A DNA stretch of 64,000 nt, from contig NMRA01000270.1 of assembly GCA_002633005.1 (NCBI GenBank), forward strand, positions 146,345 through 210,344, given 5' to 3'. This stretch comes from Phoronis australis. Taxonomy: Eukaryota > Animalia > Phoronida. The position numbers and the translations under genes were made by a program. Below, piece after piece: positions 14,364 through 26,542 of the stretch; position 1 is the stretch's first letter; every line of letters begins with the position of its first letter. A model generated the notes under the pieces. That model saw nothing but the letters and a program-made list of their open reading frames with translations, ran no database searches and was not told the DNA's origin.

Positions 14364-15632
14364 TGGTAAAGTCGCGTGATTTTCGGACGGCCCGCCATTT
14401 TCGACCAAGAATAAATAATGAGTTTTTCATAGTCCACGAAATTCGTACAAGGTCCAAAAACTGTTTTTCAATGATCTTCGAATTTCGGACAATGTCATAA
14501 ACGTTCGATTTTTGTCGACTTTCGGACAAGGAAAATTTTAGAAACGCTAATTTGGGATCGATGCAGCTCCCGTGTCACTAACGCGTTCAACCGATGATTA
14601 CTACTCTACAAGGCTTGAATCGCTGAGAATTGGTGAAACAGGCTTTGTAATTTTTACCTTGTCTTGACGATGTCATGACCGTTACTCAATTGTCTTGCCT
14701 TTAGCTTGCGTTTGGCGCTTTAGCTATGAAAAGAGTCACCGAGTCCCGCATTACGAAAATTTCTGATGAAAATACAAATGGGAAATACACCGAAGGCTGC
14801 AGTTTTTCGTTGTAGCGTAACATGTGCTCTGGTTCAATTAGACCGTGTTGTTCGACTTCCGACTGTGACATTGAACTTGCACGCCTGACATCAGCTTGCG
14901 TGTTTACGAAACGTTTTTATTTTTAAAACGTCCTGGCCTTTGCAAATGCCCTTGTTAGTGGCTAAAATCTTCCGACGACGTGTCCGGATTTTATTCTTGA
15001 CGTGATGAGAAATATTTTTTGTTTAGGCCCCAATACACAATAGGCCACAGCTAAGTCTGTCCGTAGGATATCGCGCGTTCAAAGTAGTGCAGATAGTGAA
15101 CAGCAGCAGCCGAAAGAAACGGAGCCAAAGTAAAGCTGGTTAAAAATCAAACATAGGTAGGAAGACTCTTCACAACGCAGCCCGACATTTCAAGTGAGAT
15201 AGCACATTTTTGAAAAGATTCCGTCACTTGCCGAGAACGGTTTTTGAGCATCGGCAATGCAAGAAGAATATTTCATATTGAGAAAGCACATCTTTGAAAA
15301 GAACCAACACTTGTTGGGAACGGTCTTTGTGCGTCGATGGCGCACATTTCTTATTGGGAAAGCCAGATTTTCAAAAATTAATCGCTCAGACCATTTGAGT
15401 CTCATTTACCTGCAATTATACTGCTATCAAATGACCGAGCCAGCAATGTTGATACTACGACCGCTCACCAAAATAATGTACCCCCATGAAATTCGGACAG
15501 TAGCGGAAACCCAAATTTGGAGGTCCGCCAAATTCGGACACCACAGAAATGATGTTTCGCGAGATTCGTCCAAGAATGAATTTTTTCTATTGGAATTAAT
15601 TTTCAGTGTCCGAAAATCACGAGACTTTACCG
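14364..15632. mobile_element. Non-autonomous pogo/Tigger-like element
   Basis: TA TSDs; TIRs TGGTAAAGTCGCGTGATTTTCGGAC / GTCCGAAAATCACGAGACTTTACCG; internal TTCGGAC repeats. Confidence 0.8.
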
Positions 15633-17704
15633 TATAGCATGCATAGTAGTGTCTACACCCTAAATTCCTGATGTCGGCGTGTTGACAGCTTGCAGGCTAC
15701 TTTGCTCACATGGGGCACTGCTAATCAAGGTAGTATTTACAAAAACGCTGACACTTAACTTTTGAAGGCGTTTTTGGGTTAACAGGCATTTTTTCTCTGA
15801 AACGCAGTTTTGAATTTAGTTGATTTTCATAAAAATGATATTAGCAATTTTCCGTATATGTGACACGGTGAGCAAGTACCAAAACGAAGAAAACATTGAC
15901 ATGTTGAACATAGCATTAGTTTTACTCCTGTTTCTGACCTCATTGCTCAAGTCAAACGCAAATTGTTATGTAAGGGGCTGAGAAAGAAAATCTGTGAATG
16001 TCTCGCCCATTGAACATTTATCAGGACTGAAAAGCGACTGAGGAAACTTGTGTAGTGCATCACCACTTAAATAACAGCTATTCTTGTTTTCATATTTGTA
16101 GAAAGCGGATGAAAATACGCCATCTTGATTAAAAGGTCTTCAAAAAAGGTAGCATACCCTTAGTTAAAGGAAGTCACTATCATATAATTTGGGCTTCAAG
16201 CTAAATGAGTCTGTTAAAAGTGAACATTTGGACACTTCTGGGGGGCTCACAATTAAGTGGGACTAGGCTATTAACCCCTGACAAGTATAAATTTAAGTTC
16301 TACAATAAACTGGCCTCATCTTGCCAAATTATTCCATACATTGTAAGACTGTCTAGAGTTGCAGGTAGCAAGTGGGAATGTCAGCAATGGCGAATATGAA
16401 AATTACGAATATTCATAAAAATTGAAAACACGATAAGAACATACATTATCCATGCATAGCTTTCAATCAAACATAAACAAAACAAAGGAAAACCAAAACG
16501 AAAAAACATCCAATAACAAAATAAACACCATCTACCTTAGTTCGCAGTCGGCGTTCCAGTGAGAACTCGTGAAAATCAATCTGGGACATCTATAATTCAT
16601 GCTGATACAATCAAAATCAGGCAATCTGCAAGTTTCCAGCAATAATTAGATTGCAGAGATTAATTCTGTCAGTTACACTTAGACAAAGTCATTTACAGTC
16701 CTGCCCATTTTTAAAAATTAAAAATTGGACATCTTGAGAAATATCTCTTTTTACCAAAATATTAGACGTTAAAACACTTCTAAAAGTAACTGATAAACCA
16801 ATTTCAAAAATGTAAAATTAATATGTTAATTAATTGCAGGTTGGTTAATAATTAATGAAACCGGTGAAAACAGAACACAGTGCTAACACATTTGATAAGT
16901 AAATGCAGACTACATAACCATATGGTAATGTCATAAGTTAAACTTAATTTCAAAACAATGTGTTGTACTTCAGTGACCTCAATTCCTCCTGGAGTAATTC
17001 CACACAAGTGCTCTACTAGTTTCATGGGATATGAGAAAAGTTACGCGGAGACTAGGAATCATTTATAATTGTTCCTATTTGCACACAAATAGTGCCGCAG
17101 GATTTTTCATCTAAGTGTTCCGTGATAATGCAATATGATAAGTCCCATTCGTCGCCACTAAAGACTGTTGGAAAATGCTGTCAGTTTTTTGAAGCAATCA
17201 CTCCTTAATCTTCATATTTGACAACATACAGCGTTACCATTCTTTTAAAGTGTATGAAAACCCACCTTCCAAAAAACACCTCAAGATTGAGACTATTTAA
17301 AGCTATGAAATTGGTTTCAAATAATTCCTTAGTTAAATTGGAAGTGATTTCAGGGTTCCGAACACCTGACAGTTAGTTATGGCTGGAGACCAGGCTCTGC
17401 AAGTAGGATAGACAAAGCGCGGCATTTCATGCACAAGGCAAGGTATAAAGAAATAATGAAACAGTTCTTTGGAAACACAGAAATAATTTCTCATCTGAAT
17501 GAGGAATAAGATAAGACCAAACAACAGTGGGCCTAAGTGTTCTACATCCAAAGTTGCACCTTGTACTGAACATGTTTTTAGCCACTTTAAGAAATATAAT
17601 TCAAACAAACATCAAAAGGCAGGCAAAAGACAATTGTTGGAATTAAACAGAGTACATTAACATTGAGATGACCTACCTTATGGGAACCGTTTGTCAATGA
17701 CAGC

Positions 17705-20422
17705 TCACTTTGCGGACACGCTTTTTCTCACGACTTTCATCAAGTATAAGCTATGAGTTGGGAGTCGAGTCCAAATGGCCAGTCCCATACTGGGAAAGAA
17801 TCAATTAACAGCAGATCGGAAGCACCATTTGACAGCTATGACTGCGCAGCTGCAAATTCACCCCAGTGGGGATTGAATCAACTCCACCGTGCATGGGTGA
17901 TATACCATTTCCAAACTCAGAAAATGTCGAACGGAGCACCTTTTTCTTCCTTTACCTTCTTTTTGCTCAAACAGAAATCTAGGAGCGTCTCGCATGCTTG
18001 ACCCCTTTTTGGCCCAACATCTCGCACACGGGCTCATCTCCTACGAAATGCGAACGCCATTGGCACATGTTGCTCATGCATGACTCATAAATGGAGCCTT
18101 CTAATTTTCATCTATCTGTTTACTTTAGTACTTTGAATGCATGCTTGAATGTAGTGTGGCAACTTTGTGGCGACCTGGGGTTTTTACCAGGTTGTCAAAC
18201 AAAATCTGAGGTCGCATTGGCAATCTGCAGGTTGCCAAATCAAACCCCGGAAGATGTCTGTGGATCAAGGTGGATTTTTTTGTTAAAAATTTGACTTAGA
18301 GGTAGCACAATCTTGTCCAAAATTGGTTTCAGTTTAATACCCCCTCCCAGTTGCCAAGGAATATCAGACGAATTTAAGTGCCCTGGGTGTTCACATGGAT
18401 CAATATGGTAATAGAAGGATGAGGCAGTATTGACAGTGTTTCAAAAAGTTTATGTTTTCAAAGACGTCATAGCATGTCTCTTTAATTTCCAAGTACAGTA
18501 AAAATTCTTTAATTTAGACGAAAACAATTGCTAAAATTGCCACATTTCTATTTTTCAGAGGTTTACCACATTGTTGTAAATGCTCAAAATTTTGTTTAGT
18601 AACAGCTACGCCATACAAATCAAATAAGTAAATTTTCCTAAAATTTTGGCAAAATGAAATTTTATCTGTCCATTGTGTCACAAACAGAAGAATTTTTACT
18701 GCAAATGTAAATGATCATTAAATGGACACTAGCGGCACAAGGAGAGAGTTTCTGAGATTAACCCCGAAACTGATCCGAACTCACAAACTCGTTAGTCACA
18801 GTCCAACAATTTGCTACACACCCTCCGTAAACAATCATATTTAAGCGGATGACTGGAAGCCAACACCAAGAATTGGAGATTTATAATAAAATCAAAACAG
18901 AACAACAGATTTTGTACACATAATTATGTTTGGCATAATGTAATAGGGAGACTTCACTTAATTTAGGCACCAGAGTCAAAGAACACAAGTGTAAAAATCT
19001 TGGTACTATTACAGCACTGGGAGGCCACTCATGTGTGTCAACACTTCACAACATTAACCCCAGATGATGTGACTATCCTGGCCAGGGACCCTTCTAGAGT
19101 CGCAAAATACGCGATTGTGCCGAGATCAGGTGGGGAAAGCCCTCCATTAATAGAGATCAAGGTTATGACTTACCTGCCATCTACAACTCCCTAGCTTCAT
19201 GAGACGGCAAATAAATGTCTCACCTGGCAACCACGTGACGGGGAAAGGTGGAAAACTTAGACCTACATCAGTCAGCACTGAAGAAGGCCCGAGTAGGAGC
19301 CGAAAGCTATGCAATCCAAAGCCTCACTCCGAACAGGTAACTTACCCAGAGCAGGTAACTCACCATCACTTATCTTTTCTCAATTTGTTTCTTAGCCACA
19401 TGAGACATAACTTCTGGATTTCCAAAGAGTCGACAATTTGTTATAGCTCGAGATCATGCTTGGCAAATAAAACATCAAGCCATGCCAAGCTTGAGGTTAG
19501 GTGCAGCAAGCTGACTTGGCACGGAGTGACATTTTATGCAGCAAGCATGCTCTCAACGAATGACGAAACTGTCCTTCCAGAAATGTCAAAATTTAGACCA
19601 ATTTCATTATGATAAATGATCTAAATCTCAAAAGTTGTGATGGAAGGCAGGTTCACAGCAACCTCTATGTAGACAAGATAGAGGTTAGAGTAAATATACT
19701 AATGAGCCAATTCTGGGCATATTATTCCAACTCGTTATTTCAATTCAAGCAAAGATAAGAACACTTTGGAAGAGTACATACACTCATAAAGAAATGAAAA
19801 AGTTGTACGATAAAAGCAATTTTTATAGCAACTTAATGTTCAGTGGCATTGTGTGCACTTCCCCTCCAAAAAACCTGAATCAATCTTAAAACACAAACGA
19901 AAGATGCTGGGTGTGTGGTCGTACAGTTTACATTATTAGTAAACAGATATCATAAATGCACCCACCTAATTTGATGCTCAGCTTGTTGACCAAATCAAAA
20001 TCAGTCATCCAAAAACAATTATCCACTCAAAGCCACTTTTCGAACAAGTTATGTGTGCCCAACCAAAACATCAAGATATCAGTTAGTGCATTTAACTACA
20101 TGGTGGGACAGCTTTCAAATTTGCCACAAACAGGAGTCATGACACTTGTCAATCCTACCAAGGATGGCTTAGTGATGCATAATAAGCGCTTATTCAATTT
20201 TTGTCCTACCAACCCATTCAGTGCAAACACCAGTAACCACCACGCTAAAAATCTGCAAGTGAAAGCTTTACAACTTCAACTATTTCCATAAAGTTTGAAT
20301 TTCAATCAAAAGCATTAGTGTGATACACCCAAGAAGAACAAATTTTAATTTCCAAGCATGTTCTACTATAACAGCAACATTAAAAACTCGGCTCACCTTT
20401 GTAGATGCTTTGCAATCGGCAT
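17705..20422 (-). CDS. Spliced 36-aa uORF peptide MPIAKHLQSMGLAIWTRLPTHSLYLMKVVRKSVSAK (20422-20397 + 17789-17705), PRL/PTP4A-uORF-like
   Basis: Phase-2 donor joins acceptor tctttcccag|T in frame; TGA at 17707-17705; exon continues to donor AAG|gtaggt at 17677. The W.RLP.HS.Y...V core recalls the PTP4A uORF peptide (from memory, not verified). Confidence 0.5.
18496..18701. mobile_element. Small Tc1/mariner-like MITE
   Basis: TIRs CAGTAAAAATTCTT / AAGAATTTTTACTG; left flank TA, right flank CA. Confidence 0.55.
18810..19330 (+). mobile_element. Penelope-like retroelement remnant (GIY-YIG endonuclease C-terminal part plus terminal sequence)
   Basis: Broken frames read ETSLNLGTRVKEHKCKN..TALGGH...HNI and PDDVTILARD, matching the GET.R.L..R..EH / SA..H / IL..E pattern of Penelope-like endonucleases; followed by a hammerhead-like motif. 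Confidence 0.7.
19275..19312 (+). ncRNA. Minimal type I hammerhead ribozyme motif
   Basis: GCA-CUGAAGA-A-GGC(ccgaguagga)GCC-GAAA-GC-UA-UGC: core boxes present, helix II GGC/GCC, palindromic A-GC-U helix III, helix I GCA/UGC. Confidence 0.55.
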
Positions 20423-20648
20423 GGTTGATTTCTCCTCAATGGCGACAGTCACCAAATGTTGATGTCTAAATTAGTTGCACTTCTTGACCCATACCAATTT
20501 GTTAAGGTCCGGGTTATGAGTACTGAAGTCAGACTGATGATGTGCAGTCATATTTTCCCATTTTCTAAATGTTATTAAATTCCTTGGAATATTCCGTCTC
20601 CAAATTCCGCTCTTATCATCGCAACATGATTTCCAAAGCAGATGATAT
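20397..20648 (-). other. Putative 5' leader exon with multiple uAUGs; starts the spliced uORF (ATG 20422)
   Basis: Acceptor ttttcag| at 20649-20650, donor AAG|gtgagc; accATG CCG ATT GCA AAG CAT CTA CAA AG ends in phase 2. Confidence 0.55.
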
Positions 20649-23249
20649 CTGAAAATGTTAAGCTACATTACTTAGAGCAATTTTCATAAGCCAGTCATCC
20701 ACAAACTAACTTCAAGTGACAATTCGTGAAAGGGAAACCATGATGTACAAAATACGTCTGATTGGTCAGACCTGGCACTCTTGACTATTTTCGTCGCTTG
20801 CAGATTTTCTTGCAACCAACTTCGCCAATGTGGTACATCAGTACAGTCCAATAATTAAAAGGTATTTTTTCTTGCAGTTATTTTTTTAAAGACTTGTTTC
20901 ATCCTGCTTAGCTTACATTGCTGAATTCTTAACAGAAGCAATTTCAGTATAAACACATTACCTCCTACATTCGATCTAGAATTATTGTCGAATGAACTGG
21001 CAACTCCAATTCATAGGCAATGCATACACGTATGCATCATTTTCGAATTTATTATTTTAGAGAAGCCTAAATCCCAATAAACTCTGATGCAGTTCTCGAG
21101 TTGATGGTTTCGATGTTCTTGTTAGCAACAGAAATGGACCAAGTCCCACCACACAGCGTCGCACCGATTCGATATTCGCCAACTAACAGGGTGAAATTCG
21201 GCATTAAGAGAAACAAATGCTAAAATCCCATTTTGAAACCCGTAGGCAGAAATTTTTGACACTAAAACTACATAGCATACAGGTAAATTCGTAAAAGTCA
21301 ACAGCCCTGAAATCAAGAATTTTGAAAAATCATAAAATTTTTTAAACAGAAATGTATTTCATTTGTTTGATTCTAGAACTTAATTGAACTTCCCATGGAA
21401 AAAATACAGATAATATCCTTTGTAGACTAAAATCACAACTCAGATTTGGGCAGCATTCAGCTTAACACAAGTTCTCAGACTCTGTGAAATTAAATCTTGG
21501 GAAAATTTCAAGCGTGAGCCTGAGTGTTCACACGTAGGTCTTCATTACCTTATTAACTTGAGTGATATTGCAAGCCAAGGCAGAACCACTCTGTAAACCT
21601 TTTTGAGCTGTCATTAAGCATGGGACACAGATCACCAACACGGAATTTAATCCATGGCCAACTTTTTAACACCATCTCCAGTTTCCAAGGAAAATAATAA
21701 ACCCTTCTAATTAAAACACTGTTTTGTCAAACCAATCAGTGTATGTCCACCTGTTGCTTGTCACTCAGCTTTCTCAACAGCTTGTAGTTGGCAAAGTTAC
21801 AAATACTAAAACTGGAGCACAAAACAAGCGTTGTTTCTGATTAAACACACTTGTATGGCAAAAATTCTTTGCTTCCGACACTGCAAAAAAACTAGAATCA
21901 AAAAACTAGAGTCCCTTGTTCACCGATCGAGGGAAAAGAAGGGTCCTGCCTCCTCTCACTCCCCCACTGGTTACTGCCTGAAGTAGCCAGAATTAATCAT
22001 ATATTTCTGCTTATTTCAAAGCATTCAGTACACCACCCACCAGACCTTGTTTTTTTAGGGAATCGGACTAACCTGAGAGAAGTAGGGGTTTCAAGTAGAG
22101 ATGTGAGGTATTCCATAAATGAAGTTCTTTGATGGGGGATTTTTTGTCATTCGAGGGTAATTTTTGGCCATAGCGAGAGTAATTTTTTTAAATTTTATGT
22201 TTTTCAGAGGGCATCAAAGCTGATATTTCATCATAAGGGCCTTGCAACTTGTTCCTTGTTCCCAATATTATGGCTAAAAACCAGGTCAATCTGAACTAAT
22301 TAGCTTGACCAGGCCGACCATTTTTGTAATGAACATCAGGTCTCAGTCAGGAAATAAATAATCGCCAGTTCTTCTCCAAGGCCAAGACATCAGTCCAAAT
22401 CTAAATGAGGTCAAAAATTGTTTCCTTGACCGAAGTTTATAATGTGTTTAAGTAAAATGACCAAATGAAAACTTCATGAGGAAAATGGCTTCAATTCAAA
22501 CCTGTGATGGTGAAAATTTAATTTTCCTGACATGTTCCTTAGTTGAAAATTGAACTGGCAGATTTTTGAAAACATTAAATAATGTTTACTGTTAGTATGT
22601 CAACAATAATCATTTCCTGTCCAGGCAACTTAGCTTACTCGCACTCACCACTCTGTTCGATTGACATGACGTGACTAACCTTGAACTCAAGGGAACAAGA
22701 AATGTGGCCCGCATATGTAGCCTGCACTAGAAGTTAAGAAAAGACAAAAAACACAACTAGCTGGAGACAGAGTAACGCAATTGACAAAAAAGATTGTCAA
22801 ATAATAAACCAGAAAGACAGGCTGATATTCGTAATTTAGGCCACAAAGCCGATTATATGGCCACGTGCTTATAAATTTTACCTGGCTGTGTCTGAACTGA
22901 ACATTGATAGTACTAGGTCTAGGCTAAGTAGCCTATTATAATGTAGCCTACTGGCAATTCTGTCGTAATTTACCATAATAATAAATAATTATCAACAAAA
23001 ACCTCCTTTATCGGATAATCCCATAATATACTTAAATGGTGTAATGTTTTTCGAGTATCTAACAGTCAAATCCTAAATTTTCATAGTTGCAACCGCAGAG
23101 CTGTCAAGCTGGTGAAGGACGAACACGTGCGGCAGCGCAAAGAGGCACGGGAAGCGAACGACACCTGCACAGACATGCCGGCGGCCTGTTGTTCAGCTTT
23201 CGTAACAGTTTCATTCCGTCTTTTGATTAGACTGCCTCATGATATGTAC

Positions 23250-23400
23250 CTCGAGAACCAAAACTTTTGTCAAAGAAGTCGTTTTTGTGGAATTCACAGA
23301 CTGCAAACCACGAACACCACCGACACCGAGCTATTGAACGCCATCTTTCGGAATACTAATTCTGGATGCAAAGAATGACTACCGCCGTAGGCCTACTCAC
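23250..23400 (-). promoter_or_regulatory. Putative promoter and first leader exon of a second minus-strand gene
   Basis: CpG-rich patch, Inr-like TCATTC (~23372-23377), YY1-type AAGATGGCG (~23339-23347), donor GAG|gtacat at 23250/23249. Contains a 16-aa uORF MAFNSSVSVVFVVCSL (23344-23294). Confidence 0.5.
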
Positions 23401-25668
23401 ATTGCTGGCTGGGACTCCGTTGAGAATTTTTGCAATTTTTGCGAATCCAGTCATCAGATGTATCTCCTAAACCCAAGCTGGAAACCAATGGCATATTTTC
23501 AAAATCCTTGATCATCGCAAAAGCGGTATCATAGGTACGTTCATAAGAGTGTAGCCTAATCACCGCCTTGGTTGTGTTTTTGTAGAGTAGCAGTGATAGC
23601 CCGATTTTTTTCAAGATGAATTTAAAGTTCAAGTTCTCTTATTTGTTATAGAAGTTAAGGTGCGTGTCTGAGCAGTTTCTGTCACACGCTTTTTCCAAGA
23701 AATCTGTCAAAAATTTTGACTTTTGCAATATCGCGGAATTTTTTCGGAAGTTGTTAGCCTACCAGTAACTGTTGAATTGAAAATGAGCTGCTAATAAAAC
23801 ATATAAATGGAGTCGAATCGCGTCATACCGAACCTCGTTTATTACGTTCGCTCACTTGTAAAATTTCATTCCACAATTTAATACACAATAGTCTACCCAT
23901 CCTACAATTCAACGTACACGGATATAAGGTTACAACGTCCCATCATCAATGTCTCAGTGGGATGCATTACTCCTTTCACCAGCAAACTTGGCTCCGATAT
24001 CATACTGTAGGCACATCCTGGGGCGCGTTTTGGATTTTTTAATAAACAAAAAATGGCCTAAAAGGCACCCCTTTCTTCAAATGACGATCGAAAGCGCTAG
24101 TTAACCAAAAGATTATCTTGGCATCCTGCCATTATTAACGTGTATCACGTATGCAGTGACGTAACGACGTACACACTCTTGAGAAAAAGTGCAACCTTGT
24201 ACCCGCAGTGTAACAGATGGTCAGTAGTACTTTTTAAACGACAGGTTACGTGCCCAAGTATTTTAAAAAAATAAAACAGTTGGCATCTGGAACCAACACA
24301 CCAGCTGCCTATCAGTAAACTCGTATAGCATGATGCCTGTGGTAAGTTACTCATAAAATTCCGAAGTGCACATCTAATGTTTTCATACGAAATTCATTGT
24401 GCATTCATTTATTTTTGATCGAAATCTTTAATAAGAATTAGCAAGTCCACTGCTCTTCTTCGAGAATGAATTTTGGGACCACTATGTTTAGTGTTTTATG
24501 TTGTACCCCGACTTGATTACCTGTAAGCTGAGCTGTTGTAACTAGAGTAAACATGCATGAACTGATGAGGCTGGGCACGTGACCTGTCGTTTACGAGGCT
24601 TGCTGCCCAAGACAATTCACAAAATGGATTAAACGCTCCTGTTGGTAAGGAGATAATGAGACCTGTCGGCTTTTCTCAGGGTCTGCCTGGAGTGAAACAT
24701 CCAATTTACTCCTAATTATGATAGCATTAGAACCCGACGGCGAAATTATATGCACTACTCGGTGCAGCGGGATAGGGGTTTAATTAGTACTATTACGTCT
24801 AATACAGAAATACTATTCAAACTTGCTTGTTATAGATCAACATTACTTCAAAGTGGTACTGAATTAGATATTAGACAATTTTGGACATTTTTCTAGATTA
24901 CCACATAATACTGTTCCGCAGACTTTGTCTTCCGTCAGCGACTTAGGCTGCGTATTTCCTCATTTGCACGAGGTTTACTGCATATTTTCTGTCAATGTAA
25001 ATTCATTTTGATCTACTGAAAATCCAATCTATTATTATTCCACTTCTTTATCTAAAAGTTGGCTTGATTACAATAAGCCTCTACCACAACGGAGATTTCA
25101 GACAGGTTGCTGGAAATTCGAAGGTTCAACTGTAGAATTTGATAGTCTCATTTTCATGCATTTTTTCACATTTGCGAAAGTCACAACATTCTTCCTGAAA
25201 ATTTTAATTTTTAAAATACATACTACATGCACAAACGTCCGTGCATTATTTAGGCTACTGGGAAAACTTTTTGTAGGATTTCACGGCCGCGTAAAAAGCA
25301 GTCATATGCCGGATTTGTATTGCAGACATACACAACTGAGGTTGTAGTTCAATAACGTTTCGAATACTTTTATTAAAAATTCAAAAGTTGCATATTAAAA
25401 CGAAAATGAACTGATGATAATTAAGAAAACACTTACATTTTCTAAAATTTCATTTTGAACATTACTGTGACATTAAATAGTTTTGGTCGTGTTTTGATAC
25501 TCCTGCTAATTAAGCGCATCCTTAAACTACAACAGCGAAGTGGAGCGTGAGAAACAGTACATTGTGCAGTGGCGTGTATGTGTGTAATGGCTTGCGAACA
25601 AGAAGATCCCCGGGGTGGAGTCACAATGAGATTTGCAGCATTTCAAGAAAAGGTTTTGAAAGCATTAA

Positions 25669-26542
25669 AGTGTACACAACATGACTCTAGTACCTCAAAA
25701 TAAATTTTATTATTATATCTTACTTGATTTCAGTGCCTTTAGTGCACAGCTCACAAAGAAACACGCAAAAATTGAAAAAAATAATAATTATGTACAACGT
25801 CATTGGTTCGTAGAGGGATCAAAAGATGTGTTTCCGGAGGCTGCAGCAACAGCAGCCAGGCGGAAAACGTCTCGGTGTTCCGAAGGACACCAAAGTTGCG
25901 CAGAAGTGGCATGACTTCGTGCGCCGAACGAGAGTGTGGGACGTCATCGTGGACCAAGCGATTCGGTCCGGGGCCACTCTGTGTTCTGCCCACTTTGAGG
26001 ACTCATGTTTCGACTCCAGTCACATGAGACGTTACGATGAAGGCCTGGTTCAATAAAGGACAATATTTATCATTCAGAAACATCAGCTCGTAATTCAGGA
26101 TCGTCTGTTGGATGACTGGGTTGACTCGCCGAGCGCGAGGCCGCTTCTCTCGCGGGAGGATCCAGTTCATAAGGCTCAAAGTAGAAAAGTACGCAGCCGG
26201 AAGCACATTAAACTTGTTCTCGCTTTCGTGCAACCCCATTTCCTCATCCTGGCCACCATTCCCATACGTTTCTTCATAGTATTCGTTCAATTCTTGCTCT
26301 TAATCGTCGTCACTTTCAAATTCCCTGGTCTCCGCCATTGTTCAATGCTAGTCACTGATCTCTTGTGTTCAACCCATGACGTCACATGGCGGGAAATGTG
26401 AAATTTGGCAAAATTGAAAGAAAAATCAAAATTTTGAGCTAATTACACAAAATAAACATGGGTTTAGCTAAATTTTACGTCATACATTTAGTCTGTGGCC
26501 ACCGGTAATTCAAAATGTGCAAAAATCCATGGTGTGTACTGT
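25669..26542. mobile_element. Internally deleted Kolobok-like DNA transposon with THAP (+) and KolX/P2X7-C-like (-) remnants
   Basis: TTAA on both sides (25665-68, 26543-46); imperfect TIRs AGTGTACACAACATG / CATGGTGTGTACTGT; convergent gene fragments inside. Confidence 0.7.
25803..26015 (+). pseudogene. Frameshifted THAP zinc-finger domain (transposase N-terminus)
   Basis: RCVSGGCSNS...VSVF /frameshift/ PKDTKVAQKWHDFVRR...LCSAHFEDSCF: complete C2CH signature with the conserved P, W and F residues. Confidence 0.8.
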
